From positions 30,081-94,080 of the forward strand of contig JBAZBP010000001.1 of NCBI GenBank assembly GCA_041671365.1: a DNA stretch of 64,000 nucleotides, written 5' to 3'. Position 1 is the first letter of the stretch. Every line of letters begins with the position of its first letter. The translations under genes and the position numbers were made by a program. A model generated the notes under the pieces. The model made no database searches. It worked only from the letters and a program-made list of their open reading frames with translations, and was not told the origin of the DNA. The DNA comes from Patescibacteria group bacterium (GTDB taxonomy: Bacteria; Patescibacteriota; Patescibacteriia; Patescibacteriales; UBA12465). Of this stretch, positions 16,646-26,076 are shown one piece after another.

Positions 16646-17527
16646 CTATTTTGAAAATTTGAATGTTGCCAGTATTCCATTACCAATTGCAATGGGATCA
16701 AAATTCTGGTCCTTGTTGGCTGGGCGCTCCATTATTTGTAACCAGGAAGCATCAAAAAATACTGCGATAATCTGGCCAGCACTATCGCCCTCAAAACCGC
16801 CAATATCAGTTCCCTTGATAGCAAGGAATGATGAACCATCAACAACGATTTGTGATTCCTGCCAATTCTTTAACGATTTTTTATATGAAGCTATTATACT
16901 TTCACGAGTATTACGTTCGTCGTATCTATTTAGATAAAAAAATGAGTTATCACCTCCAATATCTGTCGTATAATATGGAGATTTTGCTATAAGAATATGA
17001 TTTTGAGCCTCCTTCACTTCAAACCCGGAAGGAACTTTAAACGACAGAGTAAAATAAGATGATTTAAATGGGAGCCAATCCGTAGAGAGTTGAGAAACTA
17101 ATATCATTTCTAGATTTTTATTGGTAATTCCTAGCCCTAGATTTCTCATAATATTAAAAGCGTCAGTAGGATTACCTAAAAAATACATCTTTAAATTAAC
17201 CGGATTAACATAATAGGCTTTTCCGCTATCTTCAACTTTTAATAGGATCTTACCTGATAATCTACTAGGGGCTAGTTCATTAAATAAATTAAAATCTTTA
17301 TTGGAAATACCCAGTCCCAATTCACGCATAACTTGAAAAGCATCGGCTGGTCTTCCTAAAAAATATCTCTGAGAATTATTAGGATTAACATACCAAGCTT
17401 CACCACGAGATTCTACTTGCAAGAGAATCCGTCCTTTTAATCGGCTAGATGTATCGCCGGCAAAACTATTATTAAAAGGGAAAAATAATAAGATAGCGGT
17501 TAGGACAAGGAAAATAATTTTTTTCAT
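16646..17527 (-). CDS. Secreted protein with two tandem ~55-aa repeats, unknown function
   Basis: Start at MKKIIFLVLTAILLFFPFNNSFAG (signal peptide, ATG 17527). The repeat SRLKGRILLQVESRGEAWYVNP...GLGISNKDF is followed by SRLSGKILLKVEDSGKAYYVNP...GLGITNKNL. Confidence 0.65.
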   Translation of the reverse strand: MKKIIFLVLTAILLFFPFNNSFAGDTSSRLKGRILLQVESRGEAWYVNPNNSQRYFLGRPADAFQVMRELGLGISNKDFNLFNELAPSRLSGKILLKVEDSGKAYYVNPVNLKMYFLGNPTDAFNIMRNLGLGITNKNLEMILVSQLSTDWLPFKSSYFTLSFKVPSGFEVKEAQNHILIAKSPYYTTDIGGDNSFFYLNRYDERNTRESIIASYKKSLKNWQESQIVVDGSSFLAIKGTDIGGFEGDSAGQIIAVFFDASWLQIMERPANKDQNFDPIAIGNGILATFKFSK

Positions 17528-17558
17528 AATGTTTATGGTATGATATTCTGATTTTGAA

Positions 17559-18242
17559 TTACCTAAATCGAAAACTCTTATAAAATTCTTCAAAATTATT
17601 AGATTTAACGGCCCCATTAGATAACACATAAGTTATCTGATTCCTTTCCACCACCACAATATTAAATTCCCACGTCGGAATATTTTTCTCTAGTTCACTA
17701 TTAGTTATAACTAATAATGTTCCAGCCAAACCATTAATTACCACTGGTAATTTCTTGATTATAGAATGCCCGGCACGATCTTTCTCCGTCAATTCTTGAT
17801 CAGAAATTACCCGCGCCGCAGATCTATTGGTATCAATGTTAATAAATAATTCCCCATCATTATTTGGGTCTTGATTATTTTTTCCAAAAGCTACTCCAGT
17901 CGATGTTGAGGAACCAAATATTTTCCAATCCGCTGGATATTTTACTTCATAACCGTATTTTTCGTTATGATAGGTTTGCCAATCCGTATTAGTTTGATTG
18001 GGAATAATTGAACTATTACTATTTTGATTAGCTGAGTTTGTTTTTATCGCCTCATTTTCTTTTAAAAGCTCACCATTCTGCTTTTTCAAATCTTGAACCT
18101 GGGCATTTAAGTTATTGGCCTGCTCTTGTGATAAAGAAACAGGTTGATTCGACGCCGAATTATCAACCACCGGCTTTTGCGTCAATGAACAGCCTGCTAT
18201 TAGCAGAGCCAAAATTGGAAACAAAATTAAAATCTTTTTCAT
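17559..18242 (-). CDS. Lipoprotein, unknown function
   Basis: Signal plus lipobox MKKILILFPILALLIAGC, a low-complexity Q/N-rich linker, then a globular C-terminal part. Confidence 0.65.
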   Translation of the reverse strand: MKKILILFPILALLIAGCSLTQKPVVDNSASNQPVSLSQEQANNLNAQVQDLKKQNGELLKENEAIKTNSANQNSNSSIIPNQTNTDWQTYHNEKYGYEVKYPADWKIFGSSTSTGVAFGKNNQDPNNDGELFINIDTNRSAARVISDQELTEKDRAGHSIIKKLPVVINGLAGTLLVITNSELEKNIPTWEFNIVVVERNQITYVLSNGAVKSNNFEEFYKSFRFR

Positions 18243-18436
18243 AAAATTACATCAAAATGATTAATCTAATTTAAAATTACCACAAAACCCTCAAAAAATC
18301 AATTTTAGTAAAGGTAAAAAAATATTAGACTAATGACTTTGGAACGCTAATTTTTTCTTAAACATTAAAAAAATACACTAATTTACTCCAGATTATTCGT
18401 AACTCCCTGCAACGCTTTGGAACTATATGGATATCA

Positions 18437-18462
18437 AAAAATAAGGCGTTAACCTTATTTTT
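18437..18462 (-). terminator. Rho-independent terminator of tRNA-Ser
   Basis: 10-bp stem aaaaataagg / ccttattttt with a 6-nt loop, 10 nt past the tRNA 3' end. Confidence 0.65.
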
Positions 18463-18471
18463 GACAATCTG

Positions 18472-18558
18472 CGGAGAGGGAGGGATTTGAACCCTCGATG
18501 CCCTTTCAGGCATACCGGTTTTCGAGACCAGCGCACTAAACCACTATGCGACCTCTCC
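18472..18558 (-). tRNA. tRNA-Ser (anticodon CGA), no encoded CCA
   Basis: Minus-strand cloverleaf: acceptor ggagagg/cctctcc, anticodon stem ctggt/accgg with loop ctCGAaa, long variable arm atgcctgaaagggcat, T-arm gaggg-ttcaaat-ccctc. Confidence 0.9.
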
Positions 18559-18564
18559 TTTATA

Positions 18565-18882
18565 TTATTTAGTTAAGAATAAAAACAAGAAAACGATTAA
18601 TAATAATATCAATAAATTCAAACCGGTGTAAAATAATAATTTTATGCTTTCTTTTTTTAGCCCGTCCAGATATAACATGATTGGTTTTCCTATAATTAGG
18701 AAACCGGTTATTAAAGCGGAAAAAACAAAAAGCATCAAGAAAATCATTGGCCCCAGTATGTTATTGGTTGTTGATCCGAAAATTTTTTGTCCGTTATTCA
18801 ATATGAGGGACACTAGACAGACATAAATGAAAACTCCTAGCGCGCTTAAGCCTGCGCGGCCAAATAGTTTGTTGTTGCTCAT
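18565..18882 (-). CDS. Small three-helix membrane protein, unknown function
   Basis: 105-aa hydrophobic ORF. ATGA start/stop overlap with the upstream pseudouridine synthase gene. Confidence 0.55.
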   Translation of the reverse strand: MSNNKLFGRAGLSALGVFIYVCLVSLILNNGQKIFGSTTNNILGPMIFLMLFVFSALITGFLIIGKPIMLYLDGLKKESIKLLFYTGLNLLILLLIVFLFLFLTK

Positions 18883-19583
18883 ATTTTTAATTTATTAATT
18901 TCTTCGGTTGTTAAATAGGCCCAACGTCCTTCTGGCAAATTTCCTATTTCTAGGCCGGCCAAATTTATACGCTTTAAGTCAATTACTTCAAGATTCATGA
19001 CTCCGAACATTCTACGAATTTGTCGTTTCTTTCCTTCGCTTAAGGTTATTATAAAAATTCGATTTTGTAAATATTCAATTTTTTTAGCACGACCGATACC
19101 ATCGGTATCACCAAGATCAATTCCTTTTAAAAAGTTAGTTTTTATTTTGTCGATATTAGTTATTTCACCATTTACTTCAACTTCGTAAATTTTTTCATGT
19201 TGAAATTTGGGGTGAGCTAAACGTTGAGTGAGATCGCCGTCATTAGTTAATAAAACCAGACCGCGGCTATCTTTATCTAAACGGCCTACAGCGAATACGC
19301 GCGCCGGTACGTTAATTAAATCAAAGATATTTTTTTCGTTTTTAAAACTTCGATTAGTGCAGGTATAGCCCAGTGGTTTGTTAAATTTAATATAGATCTT
19401 GGGGTCGGCCGGAGATAACAAGCGGTCGTTGATAGTTATTGTATCTCGATTTAAATCGGCCTGATCGCCGATAGTTGCCAGCTGGCCATTAATTTTAACC
19501 TGGCCCGCTCTAATTAAAGCATCGGCTTGGCGGCGGGAACAGTAACCATTATTAGAAATTATTTTTTGTAGAATCATTTTCAT
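18879..19583 (-). CDS. Pseudouridine synthase, RsuA/RluB/RluF family
   Basis: N-terminal S4 domain (LQKIISNNGYCSRRQADALI) and catalytic motif GRLDKDSRGLVLLTNDG. Confidence 0.85.
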   Translation of the reverse strand: MKMILQKIISNNGYCSRRQADALIRAGQVKINGQLATIGDQADLNRDTITINDRLLSPADPKIYIKFNKPLGYTCTNRSFKNEKNIFDLINVPARVFAVGRLDKDSRGLVLLTNDGDLTQRLAHPKFQHEKIYEVEVNGEITNIDKIKTNFLKGIDLGDTDGIGRAKKIEYLQNRIFIITLSEGKKRQIRRMFGVMNLEVIDLKRINLAGLEIGNLPEGRWAYLTTEEINKLKI

Positions 19584-19627
19584 AATTGTCTTCAGCTAAT
19601 TAGTATGTCATTCTGGGAAATATTTAA

Positions 19628-21028
19628 TTAATTTTTTAATTCTTTGTTTTGACGATAATTTAAGTTCAAAAAGCCTAATAAGGCAAAGAATATCCAGAAC
19701 ATTGTTGCTAAATCATTTTTAAAATAGGGAACATCTACCAGTCCATGAATAGTTATAGTAATCATCGCCGTCATTATCCCGAGAGTTAAATATTTATCAG
19801 GATTTGACGACCGACTAAGAGTTGACTCTAGTTTAAAAGATATAATTAAATATTTTATTATTAACCAAATAAAAAGTAGAGCACCAATTAAACCGAGTTC
19901 GCTCCAAAAATTAAGAAAAATATTATGCGGGTACATGTAAATTTCTACCGGTTGCCAATATTTTGTGCGTAGAGTCGAGCTAGCCCAGACCACGGCATCA
20001 AAATTAGGCAGATTGTCGCTGTTGAAAAAAATACCTTCTTGATGATAAGGCTTTATGGCGTTCTGATAATTATTTAGACCCGCGCCAGTAGAAATTCTGT
20101 CTGGAATTAACATAGAAAAAGTCTCTTTCCATTGTTGTTCGCGGATTTGTCCCGATAAATCGTGGAGGGTTAATTTAGTTATGACAAAATTATTAGTAGG
20201 GGCAAACCAGAACACTCCGCCAATGATAATTATCAGTAGAGTCAAAGTAACTATTTTTTGTTTTTTTCCGGCCAGGAGACCAAAAATAAATAATCCAGCG
20301 ACAACGCCAATCAGCGCTCCCTCCGAGCGGGCAGCATAAATTCCGAACAGGGAAATAATAACGGTTAAAAATATTACTATTTTTTGAGTTATTTGTTCAT
20401 AAATATTTTTCCAGGGGTATGAAAATAGCCAGCCGATAAAGATCATAATTAGCGGAGCCAAATATAAACCGACGGCATTGGGATAGCCGAAAAAAGAAAC
20501 AGCTCGTCTTGTCGGAGCGGCCGCCCAGAAAGGATTAGCAATAAATAAGCCGGTTATTTTTTGAAAGATTGCAAACAGGGAAATGGCCGCGGCTGAAATT
20601 AAAAAGGCCCATAAAATATTAAGGAGATCTTTTTTGTTTTTGAAGACATTAAAGATTAAGATAAAGAGCAGAATTGGTTCTAAAAAATAAGCTTTCCAGA
20701 TTCCCAGGGCGCTAAGACTGAATCCGGTAACGCCGGCAGCCGCTAAAGAAACTATTAAGACAAGAATCAATTCCCAAGAGAAAGGATAGTTAATTTTTTC
20801 TTTTTTATTTTTTAATAAATTTTTAAAGTTTGGTATATAAAATTTAAGCAGCCAAACAGTAAAGGTTATCAAGATCATTATTTCCAGCAAGGTTGTAGGT
20901 AGATTAAAAACCTGAAAACGAATTAAATATGTCGGCAACGCCGCAATCAGTAATAAAATCGCCCGATCAAGACGAAACAAGGCTAAGATGGTAAATAACA
21001 GACTAAAAGCTATAAGTTCAATAAGCAT
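19628..21028 (-). CDS. O-antigen ligase-like (Wzy_C domain) polytopic membrane protein
   Basis: 466-aa multi-helix ORF with a periplasmic-loop motif YPHNIFLNFWSELGLIG typical of the family. Confidence 0.65.
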   Translation of the reverse strand: MLIELIAFSLLFTILALFRLDRAILLLIAALPTYLIRFQVFNLPTTLLEIMILITFTVWLLKFYIPNFKNLLKNKKEKINYPFSWELILVLIVSLAAAGVTGFSLSALGIWKAYFLEPILLFILIFNVFKNKKDLLNILWAFLISAAAISLFAIFQKITGLFIANPFWAAAPTRRAVSFFGYPNAVGLYLAPLIMIFIGWLFSYPWKNIYEQITQKIVIFLTVIISLFGIYAARSEGALIGVVAGLFIFGLLAGKKQKIVTLTLLIIIIGGVFWFAPTNNFVITKLTLHDLSGQIREQQWKETFSMLIPDRISTGAGLNNYQNAIKPYHQEGIFFNSDNLPNFDAVVWASSTLRTKYWQPVEIYMYPHNIFLNFWSELGLIGALLFIWLIIKYLIISFKLESTLSRSSNPDKYLTLGIMTAMITITIHGLVDVPYFKNDLATMFWIFFALLGFLNLNYRQNKELKN

Positions 21029-21085
21029 AGATTTATATTATTGTCTGTAATCATTATATCATTAGGCTGTTAAACAGACAAAATA

Positions 21086-21123
21086 AAAACCGCCTCTCAT
21101 AAAATTAGCAAAGGGGCGGTTTT
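21086..21123 (-). terminator. Rho-independent terminator downstream of efp
   Basis: Stem aaaaccgcc / ggcggtttt followed on the minus strand by a T-rich run. Confidence 0.55.
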
Positions 21124-21128
21124 TAGAA

Positions 21129-21689
21129 TTAATTAGCTCTTTCGACATATTCACCGGTATCAGTATTTATCCTAATCATATCTCCCTCATCAATAAATAG
21201 CGGAACGTTAATTAAGGCCCCGGTTTCAATTTCTACTTGTTTATTAACATTACCGGCCGAGTTACCCTTTACGCTCGGTGGCGCGCTCACTACTTTAAAT
21301 TCCATTTTAATCGGTAAACTAACAGAGACTGGTTTTTCTTCGAAGTAAAAAACATCGACGTCAATTCCTTCTTTAAGAAATTTAACTGCTTCGCCGATTT
21401 CTTCTAGGGGCAAATTAAATTGTTCGTAGTTACTGTTATCCATGAAATAAGCCTCATCCTTGTCTTTGTACATGAAGTTGGCTTTTTTAGTTTCCGTTTC
21501 AGCTTCTTCCGCTTTTTCTGCACCTTGATAGGTTTGTTCCAAGACGTTTCCATTGATTAGATTGCGGCATTTAACCTTTAAGACTGCTCCGCCGCGACCC
21601 ATTTTATGATGATCGGTTTTAATTATAATAAACGGCTCGCCGTTAATTTTGATAATCCGACCAGTTTTTATTTCATTAAAATTTAGCAT
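21129..21689 (-). CDS. efp: Elongation factor P
   Basis: From MLNFNEIKTGRIIKINGEPF (ATG 21689), with KMGRGGA and a three-domain EF-P pattern. The track ORF's N-terminal extension overlaps rpsR and is rejected. Confidence 0.9.
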   Translation of the reverse strand: MLNFNEIKTGRIIKINGEPFIIIKTDHHKMGRGGAVLKVKCRNLINGNVLEQTYQGAEKAEEAETETKKANFMYKDKDEAYFMDNSNYEQFNLPLEEIGEAVKFLKEGIDVDVFYFEEKPVSVSLPIKMEFKVVSAPPSVKGNSAGNVNKQVEIETGALINVPLFIDEGDMIRINTDTGEYVERAN

Positions 21690-21705
21690 AAGTGAGACTT
21701 TAAAA

Positions 21706-21918
21706 TTATTTGTGGGTGGCCGACAAAAGGGCCATAACGCGAGAGCGCTTAATGGCGGATGATAATTTTCTCTGATGCCAAGAACAGACACCGGTACGCG
21801 CGCTCGGCAAAATTTTCATATAGAAATTAATAAAGCGACGCAGCGTGCGCGTGTCTTTATAATCAACATCTAAAGTGTTAACGCAGAAATAGCATTCTTT
21901 TGATTTTTTGTTAGTCAT
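21706..21918 (-). CDS. rpsR: 30S ribosomal protein S18
   Basis: 70-aa ORF with CYFC...DYKD...LRRFI...ILPSARTG, typical of S18. Confidence 0.9.
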   Translation of the reverse strand: MTNKKSKECYFCVNTLDVDYKDTRTLRRFINFYMKILPSARTGVCSWHQRKLSSAIKRSRVMALLSATHK

Positions 21919-21933
21919 AGTTTTATTTTTTTA

Positions 21934-22386
21934 TTAGAAAGGAATATTTTCAACGCGAATTTCTTCTTCGTCCATGGGTTCTTCGGGAATATTAATTACC
22001 GGTTCGTTATTGGCGTTGTTTGTTTTTTGATTTAGACCATCGTTCATTCCCGCTCCGCCTTTATTGTCGAGCATAATCATATTTTCAGTAACAATTTCTG
22101 TGCGGTAGCGTTTAACGCCGTCCTGGCCGGTCCAGTCGGTAGTTTGCAAGCGTCCTTCAACATATACTTTTGATCCTTTGTGCAGATATTTAGCGCATAT
22201 CTCCGCCAGTTTTCGCCAGGCAATGATATTATGGAATTCAGTTTTTTTCTGTTGCTGGCCGCCTTGATCGGTCCAAATTAAATTAGTCGCAACCGAGAAA
22301 GAAGCAACACTCTGGCCGGAGGCGGTATTTCTCAACTCCGGGTCACGGGTTAAATTTCCGATGACCATAGCTTTATTTAAATTCAT
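21934..22386 (-). CDS. ssb: Single-stranded DNA-binding protein
   Basis: From MNLNKAMVIGNLTRDPELR (ATG 22386). OB-fold pattern and an acidic C-terminal tail ending IPF. Confidence 0.9.
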   Translation of the reverse strand: MNLNKAMVIGNLTRDPELRNTASGQSVASFSVATNLIWTDQGGQQQKKTEFHNIIAWRKLAEICAKYLHKGSKVYVEGRLQTTDWTGQDGVKRYRTEIVTENMIMLDNKGGAGMNDGLNQKTNNANNEPVINIPEEPMDEEEIRVENIPF

Positions 22387-22437
22387 ATTTTTGGACAGGA
22401 TTTGGCTCCAGCATAAAGGAGCTAAATCCATTAATGA

Positions 22438-22950
22438 TTAGATTAAATCTTTGGCATTTAAAATACCTTCTAATTTTTCGTCCAAATCTTTTAAATCCAC
22501 TCGGTGATCGGCAACTTTAGAGGAAGCAGAAGACGGGGACGAAGTTTTAGTTTTTTCTTCTTGTTTTTTCTCGTCAACGGCTTTTTTAGAATCGATTTTG
22601 GCTCGGATTTTTTTCTCTCGAGCCAGTTCTTCGTCGGTTTTAAGTTTTTTTACCACAATTTGATGGCGTAAAACATCGGCCGATAAACGAAGATTTTGAT
22701 CGATTTTAGCCAGATTTGCTCCTTCTAGATCAAATTCAAATAAACCGTAATACCCAAAGGCGTTATGTTTTATCTCATATGCTAGGCGTTTTTTACCCCA
22801 ATATTCACGTAAAGTAATGTTCGCGCCGCCGGTAGTTAATATTTTTTCTACCTGACCGGCAACATTTTTGGCTTCGTCATCGGTAAATTTATTAGGGATG
22901 ATGAATAAAACCTCGTAATGAGTTGCTCCAGTTGTTTTTGTTTTTGACAT
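22438..22950 (-). CDS. rpsF: 30S ribosomal protein S6 with a C-terminal Lys/Glu-rich extension
   Basis: YEVLFII...WGKKRLAYEI...GYYGLFEF pattern. Conserved rpsF-ssb-rpsR gene order. Confidence 0.9.
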   Translation of the reverse strand: MSKTKTTGATHYEVLFIIPNKFTDDEAKNVAGQVEKILTTGGANITLREYWGKKRLAYEIKHNAFGYYGLFEFDLEGANLAKIDQNLRLSADVLRHQIVVKKLKTDEELAREKKIRAKIDSKKAVDEKKQEEKTKTSSPSSASSKVADHRVDLKDLDEKLEGILNAKDLI

Positions 22951-23213
22951 AGTTATTATAAATGATGGGACTTAAAGAATATTTAAATTTTTTCTAAAAA
23001 AAATCTTTAGATCCCGTCTGTTAAATAAAATCCCAAGTACTCTTAAGACTTGGGGTCAAAGAATACCTCTAATTTCGCTCTAATATTGGCGAAATTATCT
23101 TGAAAACAATCAAGATGTGGGAAAGATATTAGTAAATGTTAATTTGTAAATTTAATTTAGCATAAAGATTTAAAAATTGCAATACTCAAATGATTAGGAT
23201 ATTATAAGTTTGT

Positions 23214-24398
23214 ATGAAATATTTTTTTGTTTTAGGTACAAACACCGCTTTGTCGTTAGCCGAAATCTTTGCGGTTTTAAAAGGGAAAAGCCCATGTTTA
23301 TTAGCGCCTGATTTTTTAGTTGCAGAAAGTGAACAAGAAATAGACGTTAATAATTTAATTAAACGTTTAGGCGGGACGATTAAGATCGGTCAAATTGTTG
23401 AGGAAATTAGTGCCGCCGATGAATTAAAGTTAGGAGAGGGGATTAAAAAAATCGCCATTGCCCGGCAAGCGAACAGCGGTGGTGGAAAATTTAATTTTGG
23501 TTTATCGGATTATGGCCAGCGAACTTTTAATAAAAAAGATTTAGGTTTAAAGCTAAAAAAACATTTTACCGCCGAAAAAATTAGCGCTCGTCTGGTAGTT
23601 AGTCGAGAAAAGAATTTATCCAGCGTAGTCGTGGTCCAGAATAAACTATTAACGCGAGGAATTGAAATTATTTTAGCGGCCGATGGAGAACAAATTTTAA
23701 TTGGTGAGACCCTAGCGGTTCAAGCTTTTAAAGATTTGTCTTTGCGCGACTATGGTCGTCCGGCGCGCGATGATTTCTCCGGAATGTTGCCGCCGAAATT
23801 AGCGCAAATTATGATTAACTTAGCTCAAATTTTTAACGTCGATCAGGTAATCATTGATCCATTTTGCGGTTCGGGCACAATTTTAAGCGAAGCGATACTG
23901 TTGGGATACAAAAATTTATTCGGTTCGGATATATCTTTAAAAGCTATTGAAGATACGCGAAAAAATATTAGTTGGACGAAGGAGTTATACAAGGTAACGG
24001 ATTATAAATTAAAATTATTAGTAAAAAATGTTGTAGATTTATCTAAGTTTATTAAAAGTAAATCGGTTGACGCGATTATTACTGAACCATATTTAGGCCC
24101 GCAGCGCGGGCAGATTTTATTTTCAACGGTAATTAAAAACTTGGAAGAGCTATATTCCCAAGCTTTAGCAGAGTTTTTTAAAGTTTTAAAACCTGGCGGT
24201 CGCGTGGTAATGATTTGGCCACTTTATTATGGTGAACGGCCAATGTCCCCTGATTGTAAAGGATTTAAAATTTTAAATATGCTGCCGGAAAATTTACGTA
24301 ATAGTAAATTTATCAGAAAAAATAATCGAGCGACTATTATTTATGGGCGTCCCGGACAAAAGGTTTTTCGAGAAGTGGTTGTTTTAGAAAAAATTTAG
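23214..24398 (+). CDS. Putative RNA methyltransferase (UPF0020 / Trm11-RlmL-like)
   Basis: 394-aa ORF. SAM motif I DPFCGSGTIL and motif IV-like ITEPYLG after an N-terminal THUMP-like region. Confidence 0.6.
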   Translation: MKYFFVLGTNTALSLAEIFAVLKGKSPCLLAPDFLVAESEQEIDVNNLIKRLGGTIKIGQIVEEISAADELKLGEGIKKIAIARQANSGGGKFNFGLSDYGQRTFNKKDLGLKLKKHFTAEKISARLVVSREKNLSSVVVVQNKLLTRGIEIILAADGEQILIGETLAVQAFKDLSLRDYGRPARDDFSGMLPPKLAQIMINLAQIFNVDQVIIDPFCGSGTILSEAILLGYKNLFGSDISLKAIEDTRKNISWTKELYKVTDYKLKLLVKNVVDLSKFIKSKSVDAIITEPYLGPQRGQILFSTVIKNLEELYSQALAEFFKVLKPGGRVVMIWPLYYGERPMSPDCKGFKILNMLPENLRNSKFIRKNNRATIIYGRPGQKVFREVVVLEKI

Positions 24399-24413
24399 AA
24401 TTTATAATAAAAC

Positions 24414-24439
24414 AAAAAAGAGCTAAACAGCTCTTTTTT
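24414..24439. terminator. Bidirectional terminator between the methyltransferase gene and ychF
   Basis: aaaaaagagct-aaac-agctctttttt: a perfect small hairpin flanked by A6 and T6 runs. Confidence 0.65.
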
Positions 24440-24452
24440 AGTAAAATTGTGA

Positions 24453-25517
24453 TTATTTATTAATTAAAAAATTAGCAACATCGCCGTCTTGAAAAGTATA
24501 GTCTTTCCCTTCGGTACGGATCAGGCCAAGCTCTTTAGCTTTAGTTTCGCTGCCGCACTCGACAAATTTTTGCCAATTTATTACTTCTGCTCGCACAAAA
24601 CCTTTAATAAAATCCGTATGAATCTCCCCGGCTGCTTGCGGCGCCTTTGTTCCAGTTTTAATAGTCCAGGCACGAGTTTCGTCGGCTCCAGTAGTAAAGA
24701 ATGTTTCTAGTCCTAAAATTTTATAAGCACTTTGGATTAATCTATCTAAACCGCTTTGTTCTAAGCCTAACTCTTTAATGTATTCAGCTTGTTCGTTTTC
24801 TGGTAAATTAGCGATCTCTTCTTCTAATTTTACGTTAATTTTAATAATTAGATCTTTTGTTCCTGGCAGAGCATCGCCTGTGTGTTTTTCGTCGATATTT
24901 AGTAAATAAATAATCGGTTTAACTGTTAATAAATTTAAAGTTTTTACAAATAGCGTTTCCTCTTCGTTAAAACTAAGATCACGAACGGCTTGGCCGCCCG
25001 CTAAATGTTTGTATATTTTCTCTAATATTACATTATTATAGATTATTTCCTTGTTTCCACTTTTCGCTTCTCGGCGAGACTTATCTAACCTTTTTTCGAT
25101 AGTTTCCAAATCGGCAAAAATAAGCTCCATATTAATAGTTTCTTTGTCGCTAGCTGGGTCAATTTTACCTTCGACATGAATAACGTTAATATCTTTAAAA
25201 TCCCTAATTACTTCACATATAGCGTTACACTCTCTAATATTAGCTAGAAATTTATTGCCCAGACCTTCTCCCTGGTGAGCCCCAGCAACTAATCCGGCAA
25301 TATCGACAAATTCAACGGTTGTAGGAATAATTTTAGCGGGTTTGGAGACGGCAGCTAATTGATCCAAACGAAAATCAGGAACTTTAACGATACCGACATT
25401 AGGATCGATAGTGCAGAAAGGATAATTGGCCGCTTCTACCCCTTTTTTGGTTAGAATATTGAATAATGTTGATTTACCGACATTTGGCAAGCCAACAATT
25501 CCTATAGATAAAGACAT
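24453..25517 (-). CDS. ychF: Ribosome-binding ATPase YchF
   Basis: From MSLSIGIVGLPNVGKSTLFN (ATG 25517). G-domain motifs and a C-terminal TGS-like domain. Confidence 0.9.
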   Translation of the reverse strand: MSLSIGIVGLPNVGKSTLFNILTKKGVEAANYPFCTIDPNVGIVKVPDFRLDQLAAVSKPAKIIPTTVEFVDIAGLVAGAHQGEGLGNKFLANIRECNAICEVIRDFKDINVIHVEGKIDPASDKETINMELIFADLETIEKRLDKSRREAKSGNKEIIYNNVILEKIYKHLAGGQAVRDLSFNEEETLFVKTLNLLTVKPIIYLLNIDEKHTGDALPGTKDLIIKINVKLEEEIANLPENEQAEYIKELGLEQSGLDRLIQSAYKILGLETFFTTGADETRAWTIKTGTKAPQAAGEIHTDFIKGFVRAEVINWQKFVECGSETKAKELGLIRTEGKDYTFQDGDVANFLINK

Positions 25518-26047
25518 ATATTTGTGTGTGTTTTCGAGTATAACGGAGAATTTAGTTTTTGCCAAATTACAAAGTTAAATTTAGAAACAAAAAAGAGGCT
25601 CATAAAAGTCTTTTGTTATTATTTATAGACTGTTTTGAGCCTCCATTCCTGAATTTATCAGGATTAATTAAAGGGCATTTGCTAACTTAAATGCGTCGTT
25701 CTTACCAACTTTTAGCAAATTTATTTTATATTTTTTACTAATTTTAGATGAAATCTAGTAAAAGTTTCTTTTTGATTTTTATCAGATTTAATCTTAATTG
25801 ATTAGTTGTGTAATTTGCTCGGTTTAATTTCTTATTAAAATTCTTTGTCACGTTAGCATTGACAATGTTTTTATAAAAGTTAGTTAAAGAACTTATAATT
25901 ATTATAGCATCTAAAATAAATAAGGTCAAATATTGTAGACTTAAATAGATAATATTAAATTATTTATTTAATATTAGTAAAATTATTGAATTTTATATGA
26001 ATGTATTAGTATTTAAGTCCACGCCATTTTAGACTTAAAATTAATAT

Positions 26048-26056
26048 TTATACACA
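26048..26056 (+). promoter_or_regulatory. DnaA-box consensus match (TTATACACA)
   Basis: Fits TTATNCACA exactly. Confidence 0.35.
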
Positions 26057-26067
26057 AAAAACACAGG

Positions 26068-26076
26068 TTATCCACA
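26068..26076 (+). promoter_or_regulatory. DnaA-box perfect consensus (TTATCCACA)
   Basis: Exact match to the canonical 9-mer. Same orientation as the box at 26048 and 20 bp from it. Confidence 0.35.

Noticed and set aside
21690-21791. N-terminal extensions of track ORFs (efp to 21791, ssb to 22431, ychF to 25565, gyrA from 46816, mscL from 49385, ruvB from 58471, and others).
   Set aside because: The extensions overlap the upstream gene and lack family similarity. Internal ATG codons give N-termini matching the conserved starts of each family.
22951-23213. Two hairpins (23032-23054 and 23070-23097) in the 263-nt region upstream of rpsF, as a possible S6:S18-binding autoregulatory leader.
   Set aside because: I cannot verify the conserved leader motif from memory, and AT-rich DNA forms such hairpins readily. 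Worth an Rfam scan but not supportable here.
25744-25929. 61-aa ORF in the AT-rich gap upstream of ychF.
   Set aside because: Ile/Asn/Lys-rich low-complexity translation, no ribosome-binding site, and a location inside a region better explained as non-coding.
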